Shown: in pieces, positions 9,059-19,112 of the stretch
Layout: each line of letters starts with the position of its first letter
How positions within the stretch are numbered: position 1 is the first letter of the stretch
Virus record (IMG/VR): IMGVR_UViG_2681813224_000020
DNA length: 41,996 nt
Origin: a virus
Lineage: Duplodnaviria; Heunggongvirae; Uroviricota; Caudoviricetes
Strand: one strand, 5' to 3'
Program-made: the position numbers and the translations under genes
The notes under the pieces: model-generated
Databases searched by the model: none
Told to the model about the DNA's origin: nothing
What the model saw: the letters and a program-made list of their open reading frames with translations, nothing else

Positions 9059-9361
9059 TTACTCCGTTGATACCAGTAAATGACTGAGGCCGCCCAGATC
9101 AGTTTTCGTGGGATAATCCTGTGTGTTGTCATCGCAGACCACCACCAGCTTAAAACCAAGTCCCATACAGGCGTACTGCGCCAGCAGGTCAGCACCAGTG
9201 ACGAGAGGAATACCGGAGATTACCGGCTCCCCTCTGTCGTTCTGCAGGTCCATAATCCAGTACAGATCGCGCCATATGATGCTAATCCGCCAGGTGACAC
9301 CACCCAGGACGATGCTGAACTGCTGGTTGTCCGCTGTCAGCGGAATTTCCTGAATTGTCAT
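9059..9361 (-). CDS. Small phage tail protein (hypothetical)
   Basis: 100-aa ORF tightly packed between tail genes. Confidence 0.4.
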   Translation of the reverse strand: MTIQEIPLTADNQQFSIVLGGVTWRISIIWRDLYWIMDLQNDRGEPVISGIPLVTGADLLAQYACMGLGFKLVVVCDDNTQDYPTKTDLGGLSHLLVSTE

Positions 9362-9948
9362 TAGCCGCCCCCCAGTAATGACGCCACGTTACCCGTGATG
9401 CTTTTCAGCAGTGAAGTATCTGGAGGCTTGGTGGTTTTGTTGCCGCTGTTCTGTACCGCCGACGTGCTGGCCCCTTCCTTCATGTTGGTTTTATCCGCGA
9501 CGGTAATCTGCTGCGTCCGGGAGATAAGGACCTCCCTCAGGGTGAGGACGGCGGACAGGACGTTTTCGGTTGTCTTGTCCGTCGTCACTTCCAGCGCCCG
9601 GATCAACATGTTGCTGTACAGTCGTTTACCGGTTACCACATCGAAGGGGATACGGCTTTCCTGCAGATCCAGTAGCTCCTGATACGTCTGCTGAGGACTC
9701 AGGCCGAGCAGGCTGGTAGCCGTCAGATTACTGGCAAAATCCAGCAATGCGCCGCCACCGGCGAAACCAACCTCCATCACCACTTCTGACGGTTTTTTAT
9801 AGGCATGATCAGCGACAGCGGCCCCAACCTCTACCGGATGCTCTGTTATTTCAAGCATATCTGTATGCTTCTCTGAAATAACAACACTGGGAACAATCAT
9901 TCCTATTTTTCTGCTCTGCTGATGAAAAAGTGTAGAGAGAATATCCAC
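9361..9948 (-). CDS. Phage tail protein (hypothetical; gpU / DNA-circularisation-N-like position)
   Basis: 195-aa ORF immediately downstream of the tape-measure gene. Confidence 0.4.
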   Translation of the reverse strand: MDILSTLFHQQSRKIGMIVPSVVISEKHTDMLEITEHPVEVGAAVADHAYKKPSEVVMEVGFAGGGALLDFASNLTATSLLGLSPQQTYQELLDLQESRIPFDVVTGKRLYSNMLIRALEVTTDKTTENVLSAVLTLREVLISRTQQITVADKTNMKEGASTSAVQNSGNKTTKPPDTSLLKSITGNVASLLGGG

Positions 9949-11936
9949 TAACCCACCCTCACCTGATTACTTCGCATGACCTGAGCATTTGCAGACTGTT
10001 GCCGACGTGCAACCTCATTACCGACAGCGTGCGGATCTCCACCACCGTAAATGTGGTAGGTATTTTGCTGGTTAACCTCTGTCATTTTGCCACTAATTCC
10101 CGCCACGGCAGCCTTATTAATCAGCTCTCGAGAATAGATATTTCTTCCATTCTCATGCTGGATAATGCTGCTCATCAATGCTGACATGGTTTGCGGATCG
10201 CTCATATTCAGGGCAGCCCGGGGATCCACTCCCAGTCGTTGCGATACAGCCCTGATATACGCAGTTGTGTTGTTATTATCAGACGCAGGTGCCCAGGTAG
10301 AGATAATTTTCTCCACACTGTTTATTCCCCGTCCGGCGTACAGCATTAACTGACGAGCAAGAGCCCGTAATCCATCAAAAGCAGTTTCAAATCTGGCAAA
10401 TCGCCCGCCCGGGCGTTCAAGAGAAGCCCCTGCCTGACCAGCAAAATTAAGGTTTCCCGGATTGTTATTCCGTTCTCCTCGTTTCGTAGCCTGTGCATAT
10501 TGTTCCGGCTCATCATCACCAAACCAGCCGCGTACCGTCCGGCCCACACTGCGGGGATCGAATCCCCAGTGCTCTTTAATCCAGTCGGCAGTACTGTTAG
10601 CGCTGTCTGTAACCATCGGCATCGCTGACGGATTTTCGCTGCCCTGATTAAGTATCTGTTTGCCGATGCTGACGGCATCAGCCCAGCGGCCATCTTTGAT
10701 AGCGTTGAGCAGGTCGGCGATCATGTTCAGCATTTTGCTGAATTCGCCCATCTGGTCGATGAAGTTGCTGAAATCCCACTTCAGGGACCATGATTTGGGG
10801 TCAATATTGAGCAGTTTCGCCAGCGCTTTCACCAGTTCATTAACAGACCCTTTCAGGTCACGAACCATCTTCAGCGCGGCATCGACCTCCGGCTTCCACT
10901 TGCCCCAGTCAATCAGGCTGTCGCCGCCTTCCTTCCAGGTCTGATAGTCCTCCCACAGAAGGGCAATCCCCGCCGCCAGCGCGGTAATGAGGCCAATCGG
11001 CGACATCCAGAACGTACTGTTCAGAATGCGCAGCGCAATCGTCAGCGCGCCAAACAGCGAGATGAGCTCCCGCGTTTGCTTATCCAGCGATTGCCACCAG
11101 GTGATAAGGCTGGATGTTCCCTCAATTAGCCTGAAGAACAGCCGCCCGATGATGTCTCCGAGCGCCAGAATGCCTTTTATGGCTTTCGTCAGGGTCTGCT
11201 CGATGCGCGGGAAGTTATCGAGGATGTGGCGGCGCAGTGTGTCCAGCGAACCCGCCAGACCACCAGCAAGATTAGAGCCGATTTTGTCACGGGCCATGCC
11301 TGCCATCGCGCCGAACTCGCGCAGGGAGGTCATAAATTTGTTGGAGCTTCTGGCCGCCTCGTCAGCATTGAAGCCGATAGCTTTCGCCATTGCGCTGTAC
11401 TGCCCGGAGAAGCCACCCACACCCCGGCGCATCGCCATAAGGGTATTTTCGTCAATGCCCAGCATCTGCGCATACTGGTTAGCCCGGTAATACGGCATGC
11501 CGCTGAGCTTCTGGCCTACACCTGTAAAAATAGAGGCCATGTCACGCATGTTACCGCTGGCATCCCGTGTCTGTACCCCCAGGCGATTCAGAAATCCCTC
11601 TGCACCGGGATTGTTACGAATAAACCGGGAGAGGCTTTCCAGAGAAGAGCGCGCAGCGTCTGCACTGCCGCCAACCTGCGAAACCGCATAGCCAATAGAC
11701 TGAATTCCATGGACCGTCGCGCCGGTGCGCTGTGACGCCCAGTAAAGATTATCCAGACCGGAGGCGATCTTAGCCGTGAAGGCCACCACGGACAGTGCAG
11801 TTCCTTCGACGGCCAGCCCCATTTTGATGACATTTGCAGTTGTACCGGCGAGGACAGAACCGAACTTTTTCGCTCCTGCATCATCCACACTGAAGCCAAG
11901 CGAGACGAGGAAATCTTTAATAGTTTCAGCGTTCAT
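9948..11936 (-). CDS. Tail tape measure protein
   Basis: About 662 aa; Ala/Gly/Met-rich helical repeats (AMAGMARDKIGSNLAGGLAGS...) and a central hydrophobic segment. Start taken at MNAETIKDFL (ATG 11934..11936) preceded by GGAGAGAGGA; the ORF track start 11957 is probably upstream of the real start. Confidence 0.8.
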   Translation of the reverse strand: MNAETIKDFLVSLGFSVDDAGAKKFGSVLAGTTANVIKMGLAVEGTALSVVAFTAKIASGLDNLYWASQRTGATVHGIQSIGYAVSQVGGSADAARSSLESLSRFIRNNPGAEGFLNRLGVQTRDASGNMRDMASIFTGVGQKLSGMPYYRANQYAQMLGIDENTLMAMRRGVGGFSGQYSAMAKAIGFNADEAARSSNKFMTSLREFGAMAGMARDKIGSNLAGGLAGSLDTLRRHILDNFPRIEQTLTKAIKGILALGDIIGRLFFRLIEGTSSLITWWQSLDKQTRELISLFGALTIALRILNSTFWMSPIGLITALAAGIALLWEDYQTWKEGGDSLIDWGKWKPEVDAALKMVRDLKGSVNELVKALAKLLNIDPKSWSLKWDFSNFIDQMGEFSKMLNMIADLLNAIKDGRWADAVSIGKQILNQGSENPSAMPMVTDSANSTADWIKEHWGFDPRSVGRTVRGWFGDDEPEQYAQATKRGERNNNPGNLNFAGQAGASLERPGGRFARFETAFDGLRALARQLMLYAGRGINSVEKIISTWAPASDNNNTTAYIRAVSQRLGVDPRAALNMSDPQTMSALMSSIIQHENGRNIYSRELINKAAVAGISGKMTEVNQQNTYHIYGGGDPHAVGNEVARRQQSANAQVMRSNQVRVG

Positions 11937-12566
11937 TATCCTCTCTCCATTTCTCAATGCGCCGCTGGTTATCCGCTTTTACCGCCAGATGGTCATTCAA
12001 GAGAGCAATGTCGTACAAATCGACAGAGCCATCTTTAAGTGCTGTATAAGGAATTAACCCGGCGTCAACCGGATTGAGAAGGTAGGACAGCCCGTCCGGC
12101 AGGCTGTTAAACGTCAGCCCTGTTGCAGGCTCTGCGTCGTGCTGGTAAGGGGTGTAGGCAAAAAATTTCCCAGCGAATCGGCGACCACCCGCGCCACCAG
12201 CTGCAGCATGACCAGCAGGTCAATATCATCAAACATCAGTTCGCCCTTGGTAAATACCGGCACCCATCCGTCCATATGACGCCGCGACACCACCGCAAGA
12301 CAGGGATGAATAATCGCTTCGGTGTCATCTTCGGTCAGGGAAGACAGCTCCTCAGCGATACGCGGGAGCATGGTTTCAAACACCGGTTTTAACTGCTCGA
12401 ATTTCACGGTTTCGATTTTGCCGTCAGCAGGCAAACGGGAGCGAATGCTCCCGAAATCTGACATCATTCCCGCCAGTACCGGCAGAAGTTTGCGGGTCAC
12501 TTTCAGCTGGTCAAAAACGCTGAGTTTTGCCGCGCGATATTTCACGCCTTTGATTTCGAATTCCAT
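11926..12566 (-). CDS. Predicted -1 frameshift fusion product of the tail assembly chaperone (G-T-like), slip near 12160..12170
   Basis: The -1 frame is open from the A-AAT-TTT heptamer to a TGA at 11926..11928, hand-translated as ...FAYTPYQHDAEPATGLTFNSLPDGLSYLLNPVDAGLIPYTALKDGSVDLYDIALLNDHLAVKADNQRRIEKWREDNER; it ends just inside the tape-measure start. Confidence 0.45.
12114..12566 (-). CDS. Tail assembly chaperone (lambda G / Mu gp41-like)
   Basis: 150-aa ORF between the tube and tape-measure genes; slippery run GGGAAATTTTTTG near its 3' end. Confidence 0.65.
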   Translation of the reverse strand: MEFEIKGVKYRAAKLSVFDQLKVTRKLLPVLAGMMSDFGSIRSRLPADGKIETVKFEQLKPVFETMLPRIAEELSSLTEDDTEAIIHPCLAVVSRRHMDGWVPVFTKGELMFDDIDLLVMLQLVARVVADSLGNFLPTPLTSTTQSLQQG

Positions 12567-12569
12567 GTA

Positions 12570-13010
12570 TTAAAACTCCCCGAGAACCTGGTCAATCTTG
12601 CCGCAGTCAAACACCCACGGCATCGTATTACCGGTTTTAGCGTTGGCATTATCCGGTTGTTTCTGGAACGCAACACTACGTGCCGTGATGATGTCGCCGC
12701 TGACCTTGTTTCGGATCACAATAACGTTATTCCCCCATGTGGCAGAAGACTGGCTCTGTGCGTTATACGCCAGCGACAATTTTTTATTTGTCGGTGATGT
12801 CTTCAGAAGGTTAACGGTAATCGTCCCGCTTTTATCTGCATGGAGACTGTGCATCACTTCGCCATCAGAACCGATGGTCATGGTGTTTTTAGGACCGCCC
12901 ATCGCAACCACAATCCCCTCTTCAGAACTTGCAGAACCGTACCCGAGGTCAATCGAACCGGTCGGCCCGGTCAGCGTCGCAGTGACATCCATAAAAGAAT
13001 AGGTAGACAT
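12570..13010 (-). CDS. Tail tube protein
   Basis: 146-aa ORF immediately downstream of the sheath gene. Confidence 0.6.
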   Translation of the reverse strand: MSTYSFMDVTATLTGPTGSIDLGYGSASSEEGIVVAMGGPKNTMTIGSDGEVMHSLHADKSGTITVNLLKTSPTNKKLSLAYNAQSQSSATWGNNVIVIRNKVSGDIITARSVAFQKQPDNANAKTGNTMPWVFDCGKIDQVLGEF

Positions 13011-13020
13011 TCACTTCCCC

Positions 13021-14166
13021 TTAGCGAACAACGTTAATCTGTACGTCAGCGTAATGAACCGCGCCTGCAAGTTTTATTGCAGCCTGAATCACCGGAGCCT
13101 TACGGGCTTCACGTTCTGATTGTGCCTGTTCATCCAGCGGCTGGGCGTATACGTAATAACCTTTGGGCAGTGTGTCACCTGATGACAACTGACCAAGGTC
13201 GCCCCCGTTCCATACGCCCGGAGCAATCAGTCCATTCTGAACGGCCTGATCCAGTGATTTTTCAACATTTGATAACAGTCGGGTAATACCGGCTTCAGTC
13301 TGGGGAACCTTCGTGGTGCTGGTATAAAGCAGGTTATAGAGGTTGGTCTGCACATAATTCTGTAACCAGTCCAGGCCGTGGCGTTCATCAAAGAAATCGC
13401 CGTTAGCCATCACTCCCTGCTGGAGGATAGCTGTATCATTCTGGTAGTACACGAACACATTGCAGTTTTTTGCATCAAGTGCCGATGCCTGGCTGACTGT
13501 CAGTGTTTCATACCCGACACCCGGCTCCTGCTTAAACTTGAGCGTAATCGCGGTATTACTGCCATTGAAATTAACCGTGAATGCCCGGCCAAATGCAGAT
13601 AACGCAGCGTATTTATTACCCGATGAATACTGAATAAAACTGCGTGAATATCCGGCGGTTTTCAGTTTTGATGCCAAATCATCGCTGGATGCAGTCTGCA
13701 GGCATTTCTCATCGCTTGTCGTAATCGCCAGAATACGGCTTACAGAAGAGGATTCGATCGCCGCAGCCACTTTCAGCCAGTCTGCATCCGGAATATCTGC
13801 ATCGTCTGCAATCCCCAGCCCATACCATGAAGTATAATCAAGCATGGCATTCACAGCCTGCTCCAGCGTCTCAGGCGTGGCCTGTTCGCTGTCTCCCTTC
13901 GTTTTCACCCAACGACCAACAAAAACCTCCTGAGGTTTCGGTGATTGTGAGAAAAACACCTGCGCAGCTTTATATTCTGGTGATTCCACGCCAAAATCTT
14001 TTCCAATATCTTCCGCGGCAGAATAACGACGAATGCGCTCACTTACCGGAATGATTGTGGACGGGCCGAGAATGAGTAATGCACCAAAATTTCGCCCTGA
14101 TGCTGCACGCGGCGACATGATCACATCAACATTAACAACGTTTGATACAGGCAAGCCCTGTGCCAT
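13021..14166 (-). CDS. Contractile tail sheath protein
   Basis: 381-aa ORF upstream of the tube, chaperone and tape-measure genes; size and order typical of myovirus sheaths. Confidence 0.75.
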   Translation of the reverse strand: MAQGLPVSNVVNVDVIMSPRAASGRNFGALLILGPSTIIPVSERIRRYSAAEDIGKDFGVESPEYKAAQVFFSQSPKPQEVFVGRWVKTKGDSEQATPETLEQAVNAMLDYTSWYGLGIADDADIPDADWLKVAAAIESSSVSRILAITTSDEKCLQTASSDDLASKLKTAGYSRSFIQYSSGNKYAALSAFGRAFTVNFNGSNTAITLKFKQEPGVGYETLTVSQASALDAKNCNVFVYYQNDTAILQQGVMANGDFFDERHGLDWLQNYVQTNLYNLLYTSTTKVPQTEAGITRLLSNVEKSLDQAVQNGLIAPGVWNGGDLGQLSSGDTLPKGYYVYAQPLDEQAQSEREARKAPVIQAAIKLAGAVHYADVQINVVR

Positions 14167-14169
14167 AGC

Positions 14170-14778
14170 TTAATCTCCGAAAAAGATGACTGGTGCTTCC
14201 ACCAGCGATTTAATACCGTACTCGCGCACAACCTTCCGGCGCAGACGCACCGTCATATCGTAGCGACGGACCCATTGCTGATTAATAAGTTCAGGGAAGG
14301 GAGTCAGACCTGTGTAATCGCCAAGAGACAGCCCCAGCGCATTCAGTGCTGCGTTGTTCTGCGGTACAGATATACCGTCACGAAACCGGGACGCATACAC
14401 CATCCCCGCCGGACCATAAAACGAAGCCATACACTCAATCGTTTCATGCCGCCAGAGCTGAGAGCCATCATCGGTCTGTCTGGTGAATGCCGGACTGTCA
14501 TCACCTGACCATCCGATAACCCCAAACGCACACCAGTTCGTTTCAACCGGTAGCAGTGGCGGCTGCTCTTTCTGCCAGCGCGGGCGAACCATCCCGGCAG
14601 ACAGACCGGAAACGTTACGCATCCACTGGCTTAACAGCCTGTCGAGCGCTTCGTCATAATCCGGATCGCCACTGGTTGGTATCAGCCATCCGCGCTCTGT
14701 GCTGGTGTTATTGCTCAACCGGAATTCCCCCATCAAACGGCAGCAACTCACAATGCGCCTGAACGAATCCGGACCCAT
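14170..14778 (-). CDS. Hypothetical virion protein (head-tail joining / tail completion region); true start probably internal
   Basis: ORF between the head and tail modules; its N-terminal part overlaps the next ORF. Confidence 0.35.
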   Translation of the reverse strand: MGPDSFRRIVSCCRLMGEFRLSNNTSTERGWLIPTSGDPDYDEALDRLLSQWMRNVSGLSAGMVRPRWQKEQPPLLPVETNWCAFGVIGWSGDDSPAFTRQTDDGSQLWRHETIECMASFYGPAGMVYASRFRDGISVPQNNAALNALGLSLGDYTGLTPFPELINQQWVRRYDMTVRLRRKVVREYGIKSLVEAPVIFFGD

Positions 14779-15097
14779 AAGCTGTATACGGGTCGACGAA
14801 AGTCACACGATAATCACGGCCCTGATACGTCACGATATCGGCATCACGGCCAGTCTGTCCCTGCGTCAGTCTCTCAGTCGTCACAATCAGAATTGCACCG
14901 CTGATCACCTGCCCTGCCTGCATACGGCGGTTTTCCAGAGAGCGATCAACAGTTACGACTCCGGCAAACTGCTTTTTAACTTCGCTGTCGCTGCCGATCC
15001 CGTCCTCATCCACCGTTTGCACTCGGCGTGTTACCCACAAATTGAAGTCGCAAAAATCGGGGTCAAAAAGCACATCTGTTACATCAAGAGTCGGCAT
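14708..15097 (-). CDS. Hypothetical virion protein (head-tail connector region)
   Basis: 129-aa ORF, co-directional and tightly packed. Confidence 0.4.
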   Translation of the reverse strand: MPTLDVTDVLFDPDFCDFNLWVTRRVQTVDEDGIGSDSEVKKQFAGVVTVDRSLENRRMQAGQVISGAILIVTTERLTQGQTGRDADIVTYQGRDYRVTFVDPYTAYGSGFVQAHCELLPFDGGIPVEQ

Positions 15098-15638
15098 TTT
15101 TATCCCTCACAACATGGGTAATCGCTCTGCGATATTGCCCGGTGTCGATTAGCGGTTTCACCAGATCGGTTCCAGGAGACTCACCAGCAGCGCGCCGCGC
15201 AAGTTCCGCTTTTGCCCCTTTGCGACCTCGACGTGCGCGGGCTTCAACAGTGCTGTCAGCAAGCGGCGTAAAGCCGGTAATAGTCATGTAACGCCTGACG
15301 CCATTAGCGGCCAGCGTTCCGGCACGGTTGAGCGCTCTTTCCGCACCCGACGCATTACCATCAAGCGCAGCCTGCGCCGCTGCTTTGAGCTGCGGCACTG
15401 TCTGTCCCTCTACCGATTTAACGCCGGGGGTCAGGTGCGGGCGTGGGGGGATGTTTTGCGCTGGTGAGCCGTATTCGTTGACATAGCCGATCCCGGCATT
15501 ACCAAACGGAACATCTTCACGCTCGCTGTCTTCCGAAGGGATGCCGACCAGCACATCCTTTTTGGTTAGCGACCTGAGCGCATCCAGAATGGCCTGAGCG
15601 TTATCCACCCTCGTTGTTACACCGCTTTTGAAGCTCAT
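15084..15638 (-). CDS. Hypothetical virion morphogenesis protein
   Basis: 184-aa ORF, co-directional and overlapping its neighbours. Confidence 0.4.
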   Translation of the reverse strand: MSFKSGVTTRVDNAQAILDALRSLTKKDVLVGIPSEDSEREDVPFGNAGIGYVNEYGSPAQNIPPRPHLTPGVKSVEGQTVPQLKAAAQAALDGNASGAERALNRAGTLAANGVRRYMTITGFTPLADSTVEARARRGRKGAKAELARRAAGESPGTDLVKPLIDTGQYRRAITHVVRDKNADS

Positions 15639-16054
15639 AGCTGGCGACCGCCTGCACCAAACATCGTGATCAACTGATAAAATTCAGCGCCATATCGGGT
15701 GTTATTCCAGAAACCTGCATCAGGATTCAGCGTCGCGCTGGTGTCATAGCTGACGCTTACCTTGTCAACAGACTTAGAGGATTGAACACCATTGGTTGAA
15801 CCGCCCGGGCCGCCAACCAGCATTGCCCGGCTGTCTGCCGCCCATAGCGTCATGTAGTGAGCCACGAACAACTCGGCAAAGTACGGAAACAACTCTTTGC
15901 CGGTGACGTTTTCGCTCAGCAGCACATCAGCCAGATTCAGACGAAACTGGATTTGTGCTTCGGGATATTTGGCAGGGTCAGCAAACTGTGGAAAGTCGCG
16001 CCGAAAATCACTTACCGCTGGCAGGCTTTGATTCTTTGGCATCTTTCGCCCCAT
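15635..16054 (-). CDS. Hypothetical head-tail region protein (start uncertain; the ORF track extends to 16141)
   Basis: Co-directional ORF; internal Met starts chosen to limit overlap with the upstream gene. Confidence 0.35.
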   Translation of the reverse strand: MGRKMPKNQSLPAVSDFRRDFPQFADPAKYPEAQIQFRLNLADVLLSENVTGKELFPYFAELFVAHYMTLWAADSRAMLVGGPGGSTNGVQSSKSVDKVSVSYDTSATLNPDAGFWNNTRYGAEFYQLITMFGAGGRQL

Positions 16055-16376
16055 TACCGCCAGTCTGGGCGGCAGCAATCTGCGCTTGCAGACTGTCGTT
16101 CTGCTCTTGCAGCTTGAGCAGCGCTTCTCGCAGATCGGCAATCAGCTTATCTTTGTCGGCAATCTGCGCTTGCAGGCCGTCGATAATGGGTTGCAGATCA
16201 TCGGTGTCGCTAATCACGCTTTCGGAAAACTCAGAGTGCGCCTGGGTGAACCAGTGCGACGCGACTTCTTCCGGTACGTTATGTCGTCCCCGGCCAAACT
16301 CCTGTTTTGACTGATCGCCGAGCGTCAGCGTAAACGGGGTGTGAACATGGATGGTAACCAGCTTTTCTTTCGCCAT
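16008..16376 (-). CDS. Hypothetical coiled-coil protein downstream of the major capsid gene (possible head accessory protein)
   Basis: Start at [12 protein letters not shown] (ATG 16374..16376) preceded by AAGGAAA; C-terminal heptad-like [37 protein letters not shown]. The ORF-track N-terminal extension overlaps the capsid gene and is rejected. Confidence 0.45.
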   Translation of the reverse strand: MAKEKLVTIHVHTPFTLTLGDQSKQEFGRGRHNVPEEVASHWFTQAHSEFSESVISDTDDLQPIIDGLQAQIADKDKLIADLREALLKLQEQNDSLQAQIAAAQTGGNGAKDAKESKPASGK

Positions 16377-16416
16377 TTCAGTTTCCTTCAGGCCCCTTTC
16401 GGGGCCATTCTGGTTA

Positions 16417-17358
16417 TCAGATACCGTCCACATAGGACAGAGTTTCTTTATACACTGGCTCAACCGCACCCAGCTTGCCGTAGTAAGTGACGATCTGATA
16501 CAGACCGCGATACTGCACCGGCACGCTCTGAAGCGGAACCAGCGGGTAGCGGACGTATTTTTTATCGTTGGTGTACGCAACCATGCGATCCTTATCCCCC
16601 ACACCACGGCCTTTCAGCCATTTAACCGCGCGGATATTCAGCGGAACACCGTTCTGGTGATAGCTGATGGTGTTGGTCTGAAGGTACGTCAACAGGGACT
16701 GGTTACCAGCAGATGAAACGATGATGCTGGACAACAGAGCAAACTGCTCAGGCGGGATCAGCAAATCACGCGGAACCACAGAGTAACCGGAAGCGGCCCA
16801 CGCATCAGACAGCACCTGGTTAATGCTTGCGCGGATTTCGTCCGGTGTTGAGGTTGCCCACGTTTTGGCAGCGTTGTTGACAGGAACACCGTTCAGGGTA
16901 ACAAGGCCTTTCAGGTTTAATGCGGAATCGCCAACATACACCTGTTCATCGTTATCCATCTGCCATTTCAGTTGCATCCCGTCATACTTCTGCGTATCAA
17001 TCGGGCGTCCGACCTGCTGAGCAGCCTGCAATTCTATGACCGTCCAGCCAAGCTCCATCCCCCACAGGTTCAGCGGGTTACCGGATTTGCCGATATCCAC
17101 GTTCACGCCAGCAATAGCGGTTGAGTCTTTGCCTACCCAGTTTTTGCCATTCGGATTTGCGCCAGTACCCGCAGCGGCGAAGCTGGTATTCGTCCAGCTG
17201 GAAATGTCATCTGCGATGGAGACATCTTCACGCAACTGAATATCGCGGGTCCAGGTGTACCCCACCAGTGGCAGGTTCAGCGTCTGGTCGAGTCGCTCCA
17301 GCTCCCCGATGAGAAAGGCACCAGAGCTGTCAACGGTTGCCTGATCAAAAGTAATCAT
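16417..17358 (-). CDS. Major capsid protein (candidate)
   Basis: 313-aa ORF following the protease/scaffold and small head-protein genes in a portal - morphogenesis - protease - capsid order. Confidence 0.65.
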   Translation of the reverse strand: MITFDQATVDSSGAFLIGELERLDQTLNLPLVGYTWTRDIQLREDVSIADDISSWTNTSFAAAGTGANPNGKNWVGKDSTAIAGVNVDIGKSGNPLNLWGMELGWTVIELQAAQQVGRPIDTQKYDGMQLKWQMDNDEQVYVGDSALNLKGLVTLNGVPVNNAAKTWATSTPDEIRASINQVLSDAWAASGYSVVPRDLLIPPEQFALLSSIIVSSAGNQSLLTYLQTNTISYHQNGVPLNIRAVKWLKGRGVGDKDRMVAYTNDKKYVRYPLVPLQSVPVQYRGLYQIVTYYGKLGAVEPVYKETLSYVDGI

Positions 17359-17369
17359 TCGTCTGTTCC

Positions 17370-17873
17370 TTAAATCTTCCAGGAAATTTCTGCATTGCCG
17401 TTAGCATCACCGGCACCTGTGAATTCAGCGTTGGTCAGCACCACGTTTTTGCCACTGACTGACGTGGCCATGAATCCACCCAGCGGCACTTTGATGGATC
17501 CATCAGTGGAGACGACAACGTATACCGGGTCGCCTTTTTTGATGGTGCTGGCATCAAAATCAGAACCGAGATTAACGGTCACGTAGCCACGCTTCATGGC
17601 GTCGCCCGGGAAGTTCTTGCCACTCCCCACCTGGCGAACCATGTCCGGCTGCGACGTGGTCGGATAAGGGCGCACATAGATCCCCTTCACCTTGTCTGCG
17701 GTATCACCATCTGCCAGCGGTACGAAAAAACCGTCAGCATCGTATTTACCAGCCAGCCCATAGGCAGCAAAGGCGTTATCGGATTTAAGGACCACCGGTT
17801 CGACGGTTAAGTCCTGCGGGCGAGAGATAGCCCCGGCAATGCCAACAGGCATCCGGTACAGATATGCAGTCAT
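17370..17873 (-). CDS. Head structural/decoration-like protein (hypothetical)
   Basis: 167-aa ORF between the protease/scaffold and capsid genes. Confidence 0.45.
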   Translation of the reverse strand: MTAYLYRMPVGIAGAISRPQDLTVEPVVLKSDNAFAAYGLAGKYDADGFFVPLADGDTADKVKGIYVRPYPTTSQPDMVRQVGSGKNFPGDAMKRGYVTVNLGSDFDASTIKKGDPVYVVVSTDGSIKVPLGGFMATSVSGKNVVLTNAEFTGAGDANGNAEISWKI

Positions 17874-17877
17874 TGGA

Positions 17878-19098
17878 TTATCCTTTGCGGTTAGACCAGA
17901 ATTCGGCGTTTTGTTTGTTCAGGGAAGCGATGCTGGTCATGCCCATATTTTGGCGTTGTGCATCGCCCATGGTGGTACGGGTGTTTCGCCCTTTGGCAAT
18001 CTCTGACACGGCATTAAACGCCATGTTGACCGATTGTTTCGGTAATTTGCGGATATCCGCATCACCGACTATCTGGCGAACCAGCGTTTTGTCAGCAGAA
18101 GCCAGAACCTCGCGTTTGAACGCGGTCGGTTTCATCTTACGGCTCAGATCGATACCCGGAACGATAACTTCGGCACGCCAGGCTGAGTCACCAGTAATCG
18201 TGGTTTCCTCTTCATCGTCCTCGCCGTCACCGGTCGGATTATCGTCAGGCTTATTGTCGTTATCGCCCGTCGCATTTCCTTCCAGCTTAGCCAGCAGGGC
18301 TTTCAGTAATGTTTTGAGGTCATCATCACTGTCGCCGGTTGGATCTCCACCCATCTCTGGTGCTTTGTCCGGTAGTGGTTGCTGCGGGGACAGGTTGATG
18401 TTGAGATTAACGCCCTGCGGCAAATCCCCATCATCTCCTGTAACCGATGCGGGAGCCGACTCCACCAGTTCGTTCATGGTGTCGGCATCTCCTGTCTTGA
18501 TGGCTGCACGCATGCGGTTCCACCAGTTTTTCTTTTGATTTGCCATTGTGTCTCTGTCTCCAATTGCACAACGATTTCCGGCTCTGCCTTTGGGGACAAG
18601 AGCCACATGGTTTCCGGTAATATAGACCTGCTCGGCTTTACCTGGCTCGGTCTGCTCGTACTCCGCGTCATAGCCGCACGATACTTCACGCAGGCCATCT
18701 TCGATAAGCTGAATGGCGTTTTCGTCTTTGACGATAAGGTCAGCCAGCATCAAATCAGACTGCTCACCCGTCCCGCGCCGGACATTCTGGAGGTGCCCGA
18801 CCGCAAGCTCTTTCCAGTTCTCGGGATTTACCAGCCGCACATTCCCGTTTTCATCTTCAGGATGCAGGATCGTGATGCTCATCCCTTCGAATGAGGCGAG
18901 CGTGGCCGGATGGAATACCTGCTCAGGAGAACGCGTTACGACTATCTCACCGAGCTTGTCGGGTTTGAGGTTTGGCAGATCGGCAGCGCCGTAGAGCTGC
19001 TTACCCGTTCGACCTATCGGCACGTCTTTGCACAGCAGCGAGCCGTCAGCCAGCTGATAGCGGGTTTCCCCCAGCCGGGTATTGAAAAAATATTTCAT
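17878..19098 (-). CDS. Prohead protease / scaffold protein (candidate)
   Basis: 406 aa; highly acidic low-complexity region (GDSDDDLK...DGEDDEEE) typical of scaffolds, and a C-terminal helical region; located after the head-morphogenesis gene. Confidence 0.5.
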   Translation of the reverse strand: MKYFFNTRLGETRYQLADGSLLCKDVPIGRTGKQLYGAADLPNLKPDKLGEIVVTRSPEQVFHPATLASFEGMSITILHPEDENGNVRLVNPENWKELAVGHLQNVRRGTGEQSDLMLADLIVKDENAIQLIEDGLREVSCGYDAEYEQTEPGKAEQVYITGNHVALVPKGRAGNRCAIGDRDTMANQKKNWWNRMRAAIKTGDADTMNELVESAPASVTGDDGDLPQGVNLNINLSPQQPLPDKAPEMGGDPTGDSDDDLKTLLKALLAKLEGNATGDNDNKPDDNPTGDGEDDEEETTITGDSAWRAEVIVPGIDLSRKMKPTAFKREVLASADKTLVRQIVGDADIRKLPKQSVNMAFNAVSEIAKGRNTRTTMGDAQRQNMGMTSIASLNKQNAEFWSNRKG

Positions 19099-19112
19099 GG
19101 TTTACCTGCGAT

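Noticed and set aside
9948-10400. Possible enzymatic (muralytic) domain in the tape-measure C-terminus (region containing RNNNPGNLNF...IIQHENG)
   Set aside because: The region has a conserved look, but I cannot identify catalytic residues or a named family from sequence alone.
16377-16607. N-terminal extension of ORF 16008..16607
   Set aside because: The extension overlaps the 3' end of the major capsid gene and has no RBS; the internal ATG at 16374..16376 with AAGGAAA is the more plausible start.
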